From Deltaproteobacteria bacterium (lineage in GTDB: Bacteria > Myxococcota_A > UBA9160 > SMWR01): a stretch of DNA of 64,000 nucleotides. The translations under genes and the position numbers were made by a program. How positions within the stretch are numbered: position 1 is the stretch's first letter; every line of letters starts with the position of its first letter. Of this stretch, positions 18,067 to 27,350 are shown piece after piece. The notes under the pieces were generated by a model, which worked only from the letters and a program-made list of their open reading frames with translations, did not search any database and was not told the origin of the DNA. The DNA is taken from assembly GCA_032128115.1 (NCBI GenBank), contig JAQBHB010000093.1, forward strand, positions 42,577 through 106,576, read 5' to 3'.

Positions 18067-18691
18067 GATCGTCCTCGCCGGTCAGTTGGGCGTAGAGTTC
18101 CCGCACCTGGCGCAAGGTCGCCTCCGGGGTGCCTGCGTTGTCGATCACGTGGTCTGCCAGCTGCTTCTTGTCCTCTATGGGCATCTGGGAGGCGATGCGG
18201 CGCAGGGCCTCCTCCCGGTCGCAGCCGTCGCGGGCCATCTGTCGGCTCACCTGGATCTCGGGGGGCACGTAGACGAGCACGCTGGCGTCGACGCCCAACT
18301 GGGCGGCACTTCCCGTGCCCGCGGCGCGCCCTTCGAAGAGCAGGGGGATGTCGAGCACGACAAGCGGTGCGCCGGCATCGCGGGCGGCGGCGGTGCGCCG
18401 CGCCATCTCGGCGCCCACCGGGGGGTGCACGATGCGTCCCAGCAGCTCACGCGCAGCCGGGTCGCGGAAGACCAGCGCGCCCAGGGCAACCCGGTCCAGG
18501 CTGCCGTCGGCCGCCTGGACGTCCGGACCGAAGGCCCGGACGATCTCGTCCAGAACCGGGCTGCCGGGTGCCTGGAGTTCGTGCACGATGGCGTCGGCGT
18601 CCACCAGCACGGCACCCAGGGCCACGAGCTGCCTGGCCACGCTGCTCTTGCCCGAGGCGATGCCCCCCGACAACCCGACGATCCGCGTCAC
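18038..18691 (-). CDS. coaE: Dephospho-CoA kinase
   Basis: 217 aa. IVGLSGGIASGKSSV P-loop, VDADAIVHEL and DIPLLFE motifs. It is convergent with trpA and overlaps it by 29 nt. Confidence 0.9.
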   Translation of the reverse strand: MTRIVGLSGGIASGKSSVARQLVALGAVLVDADAIVHELQAPGSPVLDEIVRAFGPDVQAADGSLDRVALGALVFRDPAARELLGRIVHPPVGAEMARRTAAARDAGAPLVVLDIPLLFEGRAAGTGSAAQLGVDASVLVYVPPEIQVSRQMARDGCDREEALRRIASQMPIEDKKQLADHVIDNAGTPEATLRQVRELYAQLTGEDDPTAGREAAA

Positions 18692-18715
18692 CCGGGCAGC
18701 ATACAGCGATCTCGA

Positions 18716-20359
18716 TCAGGGCGTGTCGTCGGGGTCGTCGGCGACGACGCAGTTCTTGCCCTGGTCCTTGGCGCGGTAGAGTGCGCGGTCGGCCGCCTTG
18801 AAGAAGTGCTTGCGGTTGCCGTCGAACTGGGCGGCGCCCACGGAGACCGTGAGGCGCATGGGCCGCATGGACTCGTCGAGGATGAACGAGGCTTCCTGGA
18901 TGGCGGTGCGCACCTTCTCTCCCAGCTGGTAGGCGCCCTCCAGGTCGGTGTTGGAGCACAGCACCACGAACTCTTCGCCTCCGTAGCGGGCCAGCAGGTC
19001 GGTCTCGCGCACCGAATTCATCAGGATCCGCGCCATGCCGCTCAGGAATTCGTCGCCCGCCGCGTGTCCCAGGCGGTCGTTGAGGCTCTTGAAATCGTCG
19101 ATATCGATGATCAGCATGGACAGCGGCTCGTTCACGCGCCCCACACGCTTGATCTCGCGGGTAAGGTGGTCCTGGAAATAGCGGTGGTTGTGGAGCTTGG
19201 TGAGTCCGTCCGTGATGGAGAGCTGGGACAGCACCTCGTTGGCCTGCTCGAGTGACGTGTTTCGATCGCGCAGCTTCCGTTCGGTGGAGTCGATCTCGAC
19301 CTGCTTCCGGCGCAGCTGACGCACCATGTCGTTGAAGACCCGCGTGAGGAGCGAGATCTCGTCGTTCCGCCTGGGCTCGGGAATCTCCACATCGAAACGG
19401 CCCTGGGCGATGCGTCGGGCCCCGTCGGAGAGGGTTTCGATGGGCTTGACCGCCGTTGTGGTGATCGAGAAGGCCAGGAATCCGAAGAAAAGGAGGATGG
19501 CGAGATCCACTGCGAAGGTCTGGGTCACCACCTTCATCAGCGGCTCGAAGGCCCGTTCGAAGGGGACCTCGGCCGCCAGGTGCCAACCCAACGCGCCAAG
19601 GGGCGCGGCGCCGCCAAGCACCTGGCGCCCGTTCACGTCCTTGTAGTCGCGAAGCCCGGGCTCGCCGCTGACCAGGGTCGCTAGAGCGAGACCCGTGCGG
19701 CCCTCGCCCGCGCCGGCTCCCACCAGGACGCGTCCCCGGGCGTCCAACAGGTAGGTGGCGTCGGCCTCGGGCGGGCCGGCTTGTGCCAGGACCGCGCGCA
19801 CGACGGAGGGCCGTAGCGTTCCCACCAGGGCGCCCAGTCGTCGCGTCCCGGTCCCGATGGGAACCGCGATCACGCCGCCGTAGGGGTCCAGATTCGAAGC
19901 CAGGGCCCAGGGGCCGTCGCCCTCCTGCTGGGGAAAACTCCGCTCCAGGACCTCCGACGGCAGCGCCTGGGCGGCGCCGATCGCCATTCGCAGGGCGTGG
20001 TTCCGATCCACGACAGCAAGGCCCGAGAAGTAGTCCGACGCCGCGAGCAACCGCTCGCCGGTGGCCGCCAGCGGAGCCAACCGGCCGGAGCGTTGACGTG
20101 CCATGCCCGGGTTTTGAGCCTGCCTGCGCAGCTCGCGTTCGGCCGCTTCCAGCAGGCTCCGGACGTCTTGCGCGGAGACCGCCAACTCGGCCGGGTAGGA
20201 CCGATCCAGCGCGGCCTGCAACTGGGTACGGGCCGACCAGATCGAGATCCAGCTCACCCCCCCCCCGGTCGTCAGTGTCGACAGGAAGACGAACAGGATG
20301 ATCTTGCTGGCCAGTCCGCTGAGCGGCGGCCGAGCGAGTTCCAGATGCCGTTCCGGCAT
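18716..20359 (-). CDS. Membrane sensor diguanylate cyclase (periplasmic sensor domain-HAMP-GGDEF)
   Basis: It has two TM segments flanking a ~270-aa periplasmic region and a HAMP-like segment (IAQGRFDVEIPEPRRNDEISLLTRVFNDMV). The GGDEF domain has RYGGEEF and an RETD (RxxD) I-site 5 residues upstream. The likely start is MPERHLEL at 20359 rather than the longest ORF start at 20524. Confidence 0.85.
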   Translation of the reverse strand: MPERHLELARPPLSGLASKIILFVFLSTLTTGGGVSWISIWSARTQLQAALDRSYPAELAVSAQDVRSLLEAAERELRRQAQNPGMARQRSGRLAPLAATGERLLAASDYFSGLAVVDRNHALRMAIGAAQALPSEVLERSFPQQEGDGPWALASNLDPYGGVIAVPIGTGTRRLGALVGTLRPSVVRAVLAQAGPPEADATYLLDARGRVLVGAGAGEGRTGLALATLVSGEPGLRDYKDVNGRQVLGGAAPLGALGWHLAAEVPFERAFEPLMKVVTQTFAVDLAILLFFGFLAFSITTTAVKPIETLSDGARRIAQGRFDVEIPEPRRNDEISLLTRVFNDMVRQLRRKQVEIDSTERKLRDRNTSLEQANEVLSQLSITDGLTKLHNHRYFQDHLTREIKRVGRVNEPLSMLIIDIDDFKSLNDRLGHAAGDEFLSGMARILMNSVRETDLLARYGGEEFVVLCSNTDLEGAYQLGEKVRTAIQEASFILDESMRPMRLTVSVGAAQFDGNRKHFFKAADRALYRAKDQGKNCVVADDPDDTP

Positions 20360-20666
20360 GCCCCGAATCTTCCCCTCCGAAGGCTGATATCGACGCGCCC
20401 GGCAACCTGCTTGACTCCTGTCGCATCTCAGCTGCTCTTGAAAAGCGGCGCTGTTTCCGATACTTAGCCAGAGTCGCCAGGGAGTTCGGCGGCGATCCCG
20501 GTGAAATCCGATAACCCCTCGCAATACCGACGGATTTCCCAGAAAGGGTTTGCGTGGACCGAGGGGCTCCAGTATATTGCGCGAGTCTTTTCAATGGGTT
20601 AGCGGACTTTCCGCATCTGGTGGGAGGTGCGCCCCTCTTCCTCCAATCCGCAGCGCCCGGCATGCG

Positions 20667-21827
20667 ATGACGGAAGAGACGATGGCCGAGCCCGGACAGT
20701 CGAGCCCCACAGCCGTTTCGGACGCCGAAACGGAGTTGGCCGGCCTGCGTCGCCGCATCGACGAGGTGGATCAGAAGATTCTGGAGCAACTCAACGATCG
20801 CGCCCGCCTGGTTCAGGAGGTGGGGGAGTTCAAGAAGGGCTGCGGGACGTCGGTCTATGCCGCTGCGCGCGAGCGTGAGATCGTCGAGCGGCTCGAAGCC
20901 GCCAATCCAGGCCCGTTCCCCGCCGCCGGACTGGGACCCGTGTTTCGCGAGATCATCTCTTCCACCCGGTCTCTGGAGTCGGTCCTGCAGGTGGCGTACC
21001 TGGGGCCTGCGGGAACCTTCAGTCACCTGGCGGCGACCCAGCAGTTCGGGAATCTGGCGGAACTCATCCCGGTGTCTTCGCTCGCCGACGTGTTCGCGGC
21101 CGTCGAGCGCGGTCGTGCCGATCTGGGGATCGTGCCCGTGGAGAACACCACCCAGGGGGTGGTCACCGAGACCCTGGACGCGTTTGCCAACTTCGATCTC
21201 ACCGTCTGCGGCGAAGCCCTGCTGCGGATCTCCCAGGATCTCTTCTCGCGCAGCGGTCGTCTGGAAGACGTGCGCCGCGTGGCGTCGCACCCGCAGCCGC
21301 TCGCCCAGTGCCGACACTGGCTGGATCGCAACCTGGCGGATGCAGAACGCGTCGAGACGGCCAGCACCTCGGCCGCCGCGCAGGCCGCCGCCGAGGACGA
21401 AAGCGTTGCCGCCATCGGAAGCGCCATGGCCGGCCGCGCCTACGATCTCCGTACCATCGAGAAGTCGATCGAAGATCGCAGCGACAACACCACGCGTTTC
21501 CTGGTGTTGGGAACGCGCGAGCCCGAAGCCAGCGGCGACGATCTCACGTCGGCTGTCTTCACGATCCGCAAGGACCAGGCCGGGGCGCTGTACCGGCTGA
21601 TCGAGCCGTTCGCGCGCTCCGGGGTGAGCCTCACCTCGATCCAGCAGCGCCCCATCCAGGGGAAGCCCTGGGAGTACCTGTTCTTCGTGGATGTGGAAGG
21701 TCACAGGAGCGAGAAAGCCGTGGCGGAAGCCCTTGCGGCTGCCGCCGAGATCGCCCACTCCCACCGGATCCTGGGTTCGTTTCCGCGTGCGCGCCGAAGC
21801 GAAACGGGTCCCGGAGGGCGTCGCTAG
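20667..21827 (+). CDS. pheA: Bifunctional chorismate mutase / prephenate dehydratase (P-protein)
   Basis: It has a CM type 2 helix (LRRRIDEVDQKILEQLNDRARL), a PDT domain (VAYLGPAGTFSH, GIVPVENTTQG) and an ACT domain with TRF and ESRP-like regions. The ATG at 20667 was chosen over the longest ORF start at 20550. Confidence 0.9.
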   Translation: MTEETMAEPGQSSPTAVSDAETELAGLRRRIDEVDQKILEQLNDRARLVQEVGEFKKGCGTSVYAAAREREIVERLEAANPGPFPAAGLGPVFREIISSTRSLESVLQVAYLGPAGTFSHLAATQQFGNLAELIPVSSLADVFAAVERGRADLGIVPVENTTQGVVTETLDAFANFDLTVCGEALLRISQDLFSRSGRLEDVRRVASHPQPLAQCRHWLDRNLADAERVETASTSAAAQAAAEDESVAAIGSAMAGRAYDLRTIEKSIEDRSDNTTRFLVLGTREPEASGDDLTSAVFTIRKDQAGALYRLIEPFARSGVSLTSIQQRPIQGKPWEYLFFVDVEGHRSEKAVAEALAAAAEIAHSHRILGSFPRARRSETGPGGRR

Positions 21828-21831
21828 GGCC

Positions 21832-22959
21832 ATGGCATTGGAACGCGTCGTCAAGCCCCACGTGCTCTCGCTCGAGCCCTACGAACCCGGCAAGCCGGCG
21901 GAAGAGCTGGACCGGGAGCTGGGGATCGAGGGCTCCATCAAGCTGGCATCCAACGAGAACCCCAACGGTCCGTCACCGCGGGCGGTCGAGGCCGTTCGCG
22001 CTGCCGCCGCAACGGTGCACCGCTATCCGGACGGGGCGAGCTTCGCCTTGCGCCATCGGCTCGCTCGCGATCTGGCAGTGGACGGGTCCCAGTTGGTGTT
22101 CGGCTGCGGAGCCGACGAGTTGCTCGAACTCCTGTGCAAGGTGCTGGTGGGACCTGGCGATGAGGTGGTCTACGCCTGGCCGTCGTTCGCCATGTATCCG
22201 ATCGTGGTGCGCGGAATGGGCGGCACCCCGGTACCCGTGTCTCTGACTCCGGACTTCGTACACGACCTGCCGGCCCTGGCTGCGGCCATCACCAAACGCA
22301 CGCGGCTCGTGCTGGTGTGCAATCCGAACAATCCGACGGGGACCAGCGTGGGTGCCGAGGCCCTGGACGGCTTCCTGGCGGGCCTGCCATCGGACGTGGT
22401 GGTGGCCATCGATGAGGCCTACGTGGACTTCGCGCGGCGCAGCGACTTCCCGGATTCGTTGGCCTGGGTTCGTCGCCGACCGGGGACGATCGTGCTGCGC
22501 ACGTTCTCGAAGATCCTGGGCCTGGCGGGTCTGCGCATCGGCTACGGCGTCGCCGACGCCGAGCTGGCCGACTACCTGCAGCGGGCGCGGCATCCGTTCA
22601 ACGTGAATCGGCTGGCGGAAGTGGCGGCGCTCGCGGCCCTGGACGACCTGGAGCACGTGGAGCGCACGCTGCGCGCCAACGCCGAGGGTGTCGACTACCT
22701 GACCCGGGAACTCGAGGCGCTGGGCGTCCAGGTCTGGCCCACGGACGCGAACTTCCTGCTGGCGCGCACGGGCCCGGGTGTCCAGGAGCGGTTGCTGAGC
22801 GAGGGGGTGATCGTACGTCCCCTCCACGGCTTCGGAATGCCGGAACACGTGCGGATCAGCATCGGTCTGCCCGAAGAGAACGAGCGCCTGGTCAAGACCC
22901 TGCGCCGCCTGAACGAGTCGCGCCCGGGTGAGAGCTCCCGTCGCGAGGGGGTGGCGTGA
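21832..22959 (+). CDS. hisC: Histidinol-phosphate / aromatic aminotransferase (class II)
   Basis: MALERVVKPHVLSLEPYEPGK, LASNENPNGPSP, NPNNPTG and TFSKILGLAGLRIGY (PLP lysine). The ATG at 21832 is 5 nt after the pheA stop. Confidence 0.88.
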   Translation: MALERVVKPHVLSLEPYEPGKPAEELDRELGIEGSIKLASNENPNGPSPRAVEAVRAAAATVHRYPDGASFALRHRLARDLAVDGSQLVFGCGADELLELLCKVLVGPGDEVVYAWPSFAMYPIVVRGMGGTPVPVSLTPDFVHDLPALAAAITKRTRLVLVCNPNNPTGTSVGAEALDGFLAGLPSDVVVAIDEAYVDFARRSDFPDSLAWVRRRPGTIVLRTFSKILGLAGLRIGYGVADAELADYLQRARHPFNVNRLAEVAALAALDDLEHVERTLRANAEGVDYLTRELEALGVQVWPTDANFLLARTGPGVQERLLSEGVIVRPLHGFGMPEHVRISIGLPEENERLVKTLRRLNESRPGESSRREGVA

Positions 22960-23888
22960 CGCCCGATTTCCAGCGGGTGGCGGTTCTGGGACTGGGTCTG
23001 CTGGGAGGCTCGGTTGCGCTGGCGGTCCGTGGTCGGGGCGTGGCGGCCTGCGTCAGCGGTGCGGGCCGACGCCGTGAGGTGGCGGATCGGGCCCTGGCAC
23101 AGGGCGCCATCGACGAGGCCGGGAGCTACGAGGAGGCGGTGAGCGGGGCGGAGCTGGTGGTGCTGGCGACCCCCGTATTCGCCATGAGCGAAATGGTGAG
23201 CAAGATCGCCCCGGCCCTGGCGGAGGGCGCGATCGTCACCGATGTGGGAAGCGTGAAGGGCGCCCTGGTGGAGACGCTGCCGGGACTGCTGCCCCGCGGT
23301 GTCCACTACGTAGGCTCCCACCCCATGGCGGGGAGTCACCAGCGCGGCATCGAGCACGCGCGGGCCGATCTCTTCGAGGGTGCGCCCTGCGTCGTGACGA
23401 CCAGTAGCGATGCGCGGGCGCAGCAGCGCGTGTGCGACTTCTGGAGCGCCCTGGGGGCCGTTGTCCTGATCCGGGACCCGGCGGTGCACGATGAAGAAGT
23501 GGCGTGGATGAGCCATGTGCCCCATGTGCTTGCGTTCGCCTTCGCCCGGGCGCTGGAACGGGCTCCAGCCGGCGCCCACCAGGTGGCCGGCACGGGATTT
23601 CGCGATTTCACCCGGATCGCCCAGAGCGATCCGGAGCTGTGGGGTGGCATCCTCACGGCGAACCGGAAGGCGATCGCCGCGCCGTTGCAATCGGTGGCCG
23701 AGGCCCTGACCGAGCTGGGCCGGGCCATCGAGGCGGACGATGCGGATGCGCTGGAGCGCTGGATTGCCATGGCGCGCGAGGCCCTGTCCTCGATTGATTC
23801 CAACTCCGTAGGGTGCGATGAGCGCACTCCCGCGGACTCCACCCAGACCCTTACGGGGAGCGCAGGCTCTCCAGAGGCAAAGGACTGA
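22956..23888 (+). CDS. tyrA: Prephenate (arogenate) dehydrogenase
   Basis: VAVLGLGLLGGS Rossmann motif, DVGSVK and GSHPMAG. Its GTG start overlaps the hisC stop by 4 nt. Confidence 0.88.
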   Translation: MTPDFQRVAVLGLGLLGGSVALAVRGRGVAACVSGAGRRREVADRALAQGAIDEAGSYEEAVSGAELVVLATPVFAMSEMVSKIAPALAEGAIVTDVGSVKGALVETLPGLLPRGVHYVGSHPMAGSHQRGIEHARADLFEGAPCVVTTSSDARAQQRVCDFWSALGAVVLIRDPAVHDEEVAWMSHVPHVLAFAFARALERAPAGAHQVAGTGFRDFTRIAQSDPELWGGILTANRKAIAAPLQSVAEALTELGRAIEADDADALERWIAMAREALSSIDSNSVGCDERTPADSTQTLTGSAGSPEAKD

Positions 23889-23898
23889 TCAACTTCGA

Positions 23899-25608
23899 AT
23901 GAATGAGGCCACCACGACGGGAGCCGGCGAGAGCTTCGCCGAGCTCTTTGAACAGAGCGTCAAGAACTTCAAGGAGGGCGAGGTCGTCCGCGGCACGGTG
24001 CTGTCGATAGACGAGGATCACGTCCAGATCGACATCGGTTTCAAGTCAGAAGGGCTCGTGCCCACATGGGAGTTCATGGACGAGGATGGAATCCTCCTCG
24101 TGGCTGCCGGCGACACGGTGGACGTGCTGGTGGAGGAGTCCGAGGATTCGTACGGGCGGATCGTGCTTTCCAAGGAGAAGGCCGACCGTCTGCTGATCTG
24201 GGACGAGATCAGCAATGCGTTCAAGGCCGACGAGCCGGTCGAAGGAATCGTCGTGGCCCGGGTGAAGGGCGGTTTGGCGGTGGACATCGGGGTCAAGGCC
24301 TTCCTGCCCGGTTCCCAGGTCGACCTCCGGCCCGTGCGAAATCTGGAGCACGTGGTCGGGCAGAAGCTTCAGTTCAAGATCATCAAATTCAACAAGCGTC
24401 GCGGCAACATCGTGCTCTCTCGGCGCGCTCTGCTCGAGACCGAGCGCCGGAAGCTGCGTGAGACCACGCTCGAGACCCTGGCTCCCGGCCAGATCATCGA
24501 TGGCGTGATCAAGAACCTCACCGACTACGGAGCGTTCATCGACCTGGGCGGGATCGACGGCCTGCTGCACGTGACGGACATGTCGTGGGGGCGGGTCAGC
24601 CACCCCAGCGAGCTGTTCAACGTGGGCGACGAGATCAAGGTCAAGGTGCTCAAGTTCGACGTGGAGAGCGAACGGGTCTCGCTGGGCCTCAAGCAGATCC
24701 AGCCCGATCCCTGGATCGATGCCTCCCTCCGCTACCCGGTGGGCAAGCGGGTCACTGGCAAGGTGGTTTCGCTGGCGGAGTACGGTGCGTTCGTCGAGCT
24801 GGAAGCGGGCATCGAGGGACTGATCCACGTGTCCGAGATGTCCTGGACCAAGCGCGTCAAACATCCCTCCAAGGTGGTGTCCGTGGGCGACGAAGCCGAG
24901 TCGGTCGTCCTGGACGTGGACGAGCGCGAGCGCAAGATCGCCCTGGGCATGAAGCAGATCGAGGAGAATCCCTGGAGCGTGATCGAGGAGTCCTACCCCA
25001 TTGGCACCCGGGTCACGGGGACGATCCGCAACATCACCAACTTCGGAATCTTCGTGGGTCTCGAGGAGGGGATCGACGGCCTCGTGCACGTGTCCGACGT
25101 GTCGTGGACCGAGCAGATCAAGCATCCCGGTGAGAAATTCAAGAAGGGGGATGCGATCGAGGCGGTGGTGCTCAAGATCGACAAGGAGAACGAGAAGTTC
25201 TCCCTGGGCATCAAGCAGCTCGAGGCGAATCCGTGGGAGGAGATCCTCAAGAAGTACCCGGTGGGCAGCGAGGTCACTGGAGAGGTCACGCGAGTGGCGG
25301 ACTTCGGCGCCTTCGTGAAGCTCGAAGAGGGGATCGAGGGGCTGATCTACAGCTCCGAACTCTCGACGGAACGGGTCGATAACCCGACCGAAGTGGTCTC
25401 GGAAGGCCAGCAGCTCACCGCCCTGGTGGTGAAGGTCGATCCGACGGAACAAAAGATCTCGCTCTCGATCAAGGCGCTTAGCGACAAGGAGCAGCGCAAC
25501 ACATTGAAGAAGCTGGCTGTGGAACAGTCGCGAAGCCAGACGGCGACACTTGGCGATCTGCTCGCCGACAAGCTGGCGCAGAAGGCCGATGGGGGTGACG
25601 AGCAATGA
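23899..25608 (+). CDS. rpsA: 30S ribosomal protein S1
   Basis: Six S1 repeats with recurring G.V..I..YGAFV.L..GI.GL.H.S. strands. The ATG at 23899 gives the typical FAELFEQS N-terminus. Confidence 0.97.
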   Translation: MNEATTTGAGESFAELFEQSVKNFKEGEVVRGTVLSIDEDHVQIDIGFKSEGLVPTWEFMDEDGILLVAAGDTVDVLVEESEDSYGRIVLSKEKADRLLIWDEISNAFKADEPVEGIVVARVKGGLAVDIGVKAFLPGSQVDLRPVRNLEHVVGQKLQFKIIKFNKRRGNIVLSRRALLETERRKLRETTLETLAPGQIIDGVIKNLTDYGAFIDLGGIDGLLHVTDMSWGRVSHPSELFNVGDEIKVKVLKFDVESERVSLGLKQIQPDPWIDASLRYPVGKRVTGKVVSLAEYGAFVELEAGIEGLIHVSEMSWTKRVKHPSKVVSVGDEAESVVLDVDERERKIALGMKQIEENPWSVIEESYPIGTRVTGTIRNITNFGIFVGLEEGIDGLVHVSDVSWTEQIKHPGEKFKKGDAIEAVVLKIDKENEKFSLGIKQLEANPWEEILKKYPVGSEVTGEVTRVADFGAFVKLEEGIEGLIYSSELSTERVDNPTEVVSEGQQLTALVVKVDPTEQKISLSIKALSDKEQRNTLKKLAVEQSRSQTATLGDLLADKLAQKADGGDEQ

Positions 25609-25931
25609 CCAAGAGCGGCCTGATCGAGGCGGTCGCCGACAGGACCCCGCACATCTCGAAGAAGGACACGGAGATCGTGGTGAACACGATCTTCGATGCG
25701 ATGGCCGCTGCGCTCAAGCACGGCGAGCGCATCGAGATCCGCGGCTTCGGGAGTTTCCAGGTCAAGGTGCGGGAAGCGCGGGAGGGTCGGAATCCGAAGA
25801 CCGGCGAGCCTGTGCACATTTCCGCCAAGCGCACGCCGTTCTTCAAGGTGGGCAAGGAACTCAAGGAAATGGTCGACGACGCCCCCAAGAGCGAGGATTC
25901 GGCCGCCATGGGGAACTCCGAGTCGGCCTGA
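25605..25931 (+). CDS. ihfB: Integration host factor subunit beta
   Basis: MTKSGLIEAVA ... GERIEIRGFGSF ... GRNPKTGEPV ... FKVGKEL. It is close to the E. coli IhfB pattern and overlaps the rpsA stop by 4 nt. Confidence 0.93.
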   Translation: MTKSGLIEAVADRTPHISKKDTEIVVNTIFDAMAAALKHGERIEIRGFGSFQVKVREAREGRNPKTGEPVHISAKRTPFFKVGKELKEMVDDAPKSEDSAAMGNSESA

Positions 25932-25938
25932 GGGCGCC

Positions 25939-26313
25939 ATGATGCGGATGCGGTTTGCGCGTCGGGCGCTCGGCTTCGGGCTCTTCGTTGGGGCGCTCGC
26001 CCTCGGGTGGGCCTTCGGCGGCAGGAACTCGTCCCCGATCGCCGTGGACTATCTGCTGGGGGTAACCCCGGCGGCGCCGCTGTGGGGCGTGCTGCTGGGT
26101 GCCTTTGCCATGGGAGCCGTCGGCGTGGGTGCCTGGGGCGCCTTCCAGGTGGCGAAGCTGGAGCTGGTAGCCCGCCGTTATCGCAAGCAGGTTCATGGGC
26201 TCGAATCCGAGGTCCACCAGCTTCGGAACCTGCCGCTGGCCGATGAGCCCGGGCGGGGCGACCCGCTGGCCGCCGACATCGCGCCAGGGCCTGCTCTCGG
26301 GCGGGGCGCGTAG
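25939..26313 (+). CDS. lapA: LapA-domain (DUF1049) lipopolysaccharide assembly protein A-like
   Basis: 124 aa. It has two TM helices, then a coiled segment (KLELVARRYRKQVHGLESEVHQLRNLP). Its position immediately after ihfB and before a TPR protein matches the conserved ihfB-lapA-lapB arrangement. Confidence 0.65.
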   Translation: MMRMRFARRALGFGLFVGALALGWAFGGRNSSPIAVDYLLGVTPAAPLWGVLLGAFAMGAVGVGAWGAFQVAKLELVARRYRKQVHGLESEVHQLRNLPLADEPGRGDPLAADIAPGPALGRGA

Positions 26314-26318
26314 TCCGC

Positions 26319-27350
26319 ATGCGCTGGCTCGTGCGGGCGTTCGGGGGGAACGCGCGCGCGCCGCGGGACGTCGATGCGACGCTGCGGTCAGCGCTTCTCG
26401 CCGTGCTGGATCGCAATCTGGACGAAGCGGAGTCCTTGCTGACGCGGGCGGTGCGGATCGATTCGACCGCGACGGAGCCCTACCAGGCGCTGGCTCGCCT
26501 GTACCGAGCGCGCGGGGAGATCGGCCGGGCGATTCGCATCCACCAGAACCTGCTGATGCGCGCCGACCTGCGCACCGAGCCGGGTGTTTCGGTGCTGGCG
26601 GATCTGGCCGAGGACTTTCGGCGCGGGGGCTTCCTGCGCCGGGCGATCGCGTCGTATCGCGAGGTCGTGCGCCACGACCCTCGCCACCGCCGCGCCCTGC
26701 AGGCGCTGGTGGATTTATTGTCGGAGGTGCGGGATTTCGAGGCGGCAATCGGGATGGAGCGGCGACTCGCCCGCCTGGAGCGACGCGGCTCGGGCACGGG
26801 GGAGGCGCGGCTGCGCGTGGCCATGGCGCAGGCCGCTCGGGCCGAGGGGCGTGGCGACGACGCCCTGCGCGCGGTGAAACAGGCACTGCGCAAGGATCGC
26901 CAGCTGTCGGACGCCTGGATCGTCCTGGGAGAGCTGGAATCGGAACGCGGTCGTGTGCGTTCGGCGGTGAAGGCCTGGAAGCGCGCCTCCGAGATCGATC
27001 GGAACAGCGGCGCCCGGGTCTACCCACGGCTGGCTGCGGCCTACGCCAGCCTGGATCGCGCGGTCGAGTACGAGAACTGGCTGCGCCAGGGAATCGAAGG
27101 CCACGCCGACGATGTGGAGGCTCGCCTCGCCCTGGCGCGCTCGCTGGCGGGCCGAGGCGACGCGGCGTCGGCCCTCGACGAGCTGCGCCGGGGGCTGGAA
27201 CGGCATCCCGAGAACCTCGAGCTGCGCGGGACCCTGGGTCGCATCCTGCTCTCCGAGCACCGGGACCCGGATGCGATCGTTGCGTATGCGGAGCTGTTGG
27301 ACGTGATCGAGCGCGGCTCTTCGAAACCTGGAGCGGAGCACCTGTCGTGA
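26319..27350 (+). CDS. TPR-repeat protein, LapB(YciM)-like but lacking an obvious N-terminal TM helix and the C-terminal rubredoxin-type Cys motifs
   Basis: 343 aa of TPR-like helices (YQALARLYRARGEIGRAIRIHQNLL...). Synteny after lapA supports the call. No CxxC pairs are present in the translation. Confidence 0.55.
   Translation: MRWLVRAFGGNARAPRDVDATLRSALLAVLDRNLDEAESLLTRAVRIDSTATEPYQALARLYRARGEIGRAIRIHQNLLMRADLRTEPGVSVLADLAEDFRRGGFLRRAIASYREVVRHDPRHRRALQALVDLLSEVRDFEAAIGMERRLARLERRGSGTGEARLRVAMAQAARAEGRGDDALRAVKQALRKDRQLSDAWIVLGELESERGRVRSAVKAWKRASEIDRNSGARVYPRLAAAYASLDRAVEYENWLRQGIEGHADDVEARLALARSLAGRGDAASALDELRRGLERHPENLELRGTLGRILLSEHRDPDAIVAYAELLDVIERGSSKPGAEHLS

Noticed and set aside
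20563-20580. Possible sigma-54 promoter (GG...TTGC) upstream of pheA
   Set aside because: The spacing between the GG and GC dinucleotides is 2 nt longer than the TGGCAC-N5-TTGC consensus, and the -24 element is poor.
18447-21854. 1135-aa ORF on the minus strand spanning coaE, the diguanylate cyclase and pheA regions
   Set aside because: The translation is extreme Arg/Pro/Gly/Ala low-complexity with no motifs. It is antisense to or overlaps three well-supported genes. This is a typical stop-codon-poor shadow frame of a ~70% GC genome.
26195-27346. 384-codon N-terminal extension that makes mutS a 1291-aa ORF
   Set aside because: The extension overlaps lapA and the lapB-like gene in another frame and is Arg/Gly/Pro junk. 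The canonical MutS N-terminus (TPMMRHYL...FYRMGDFYE) begins right after the GTG at 27347, which overlaps the upstream stop.
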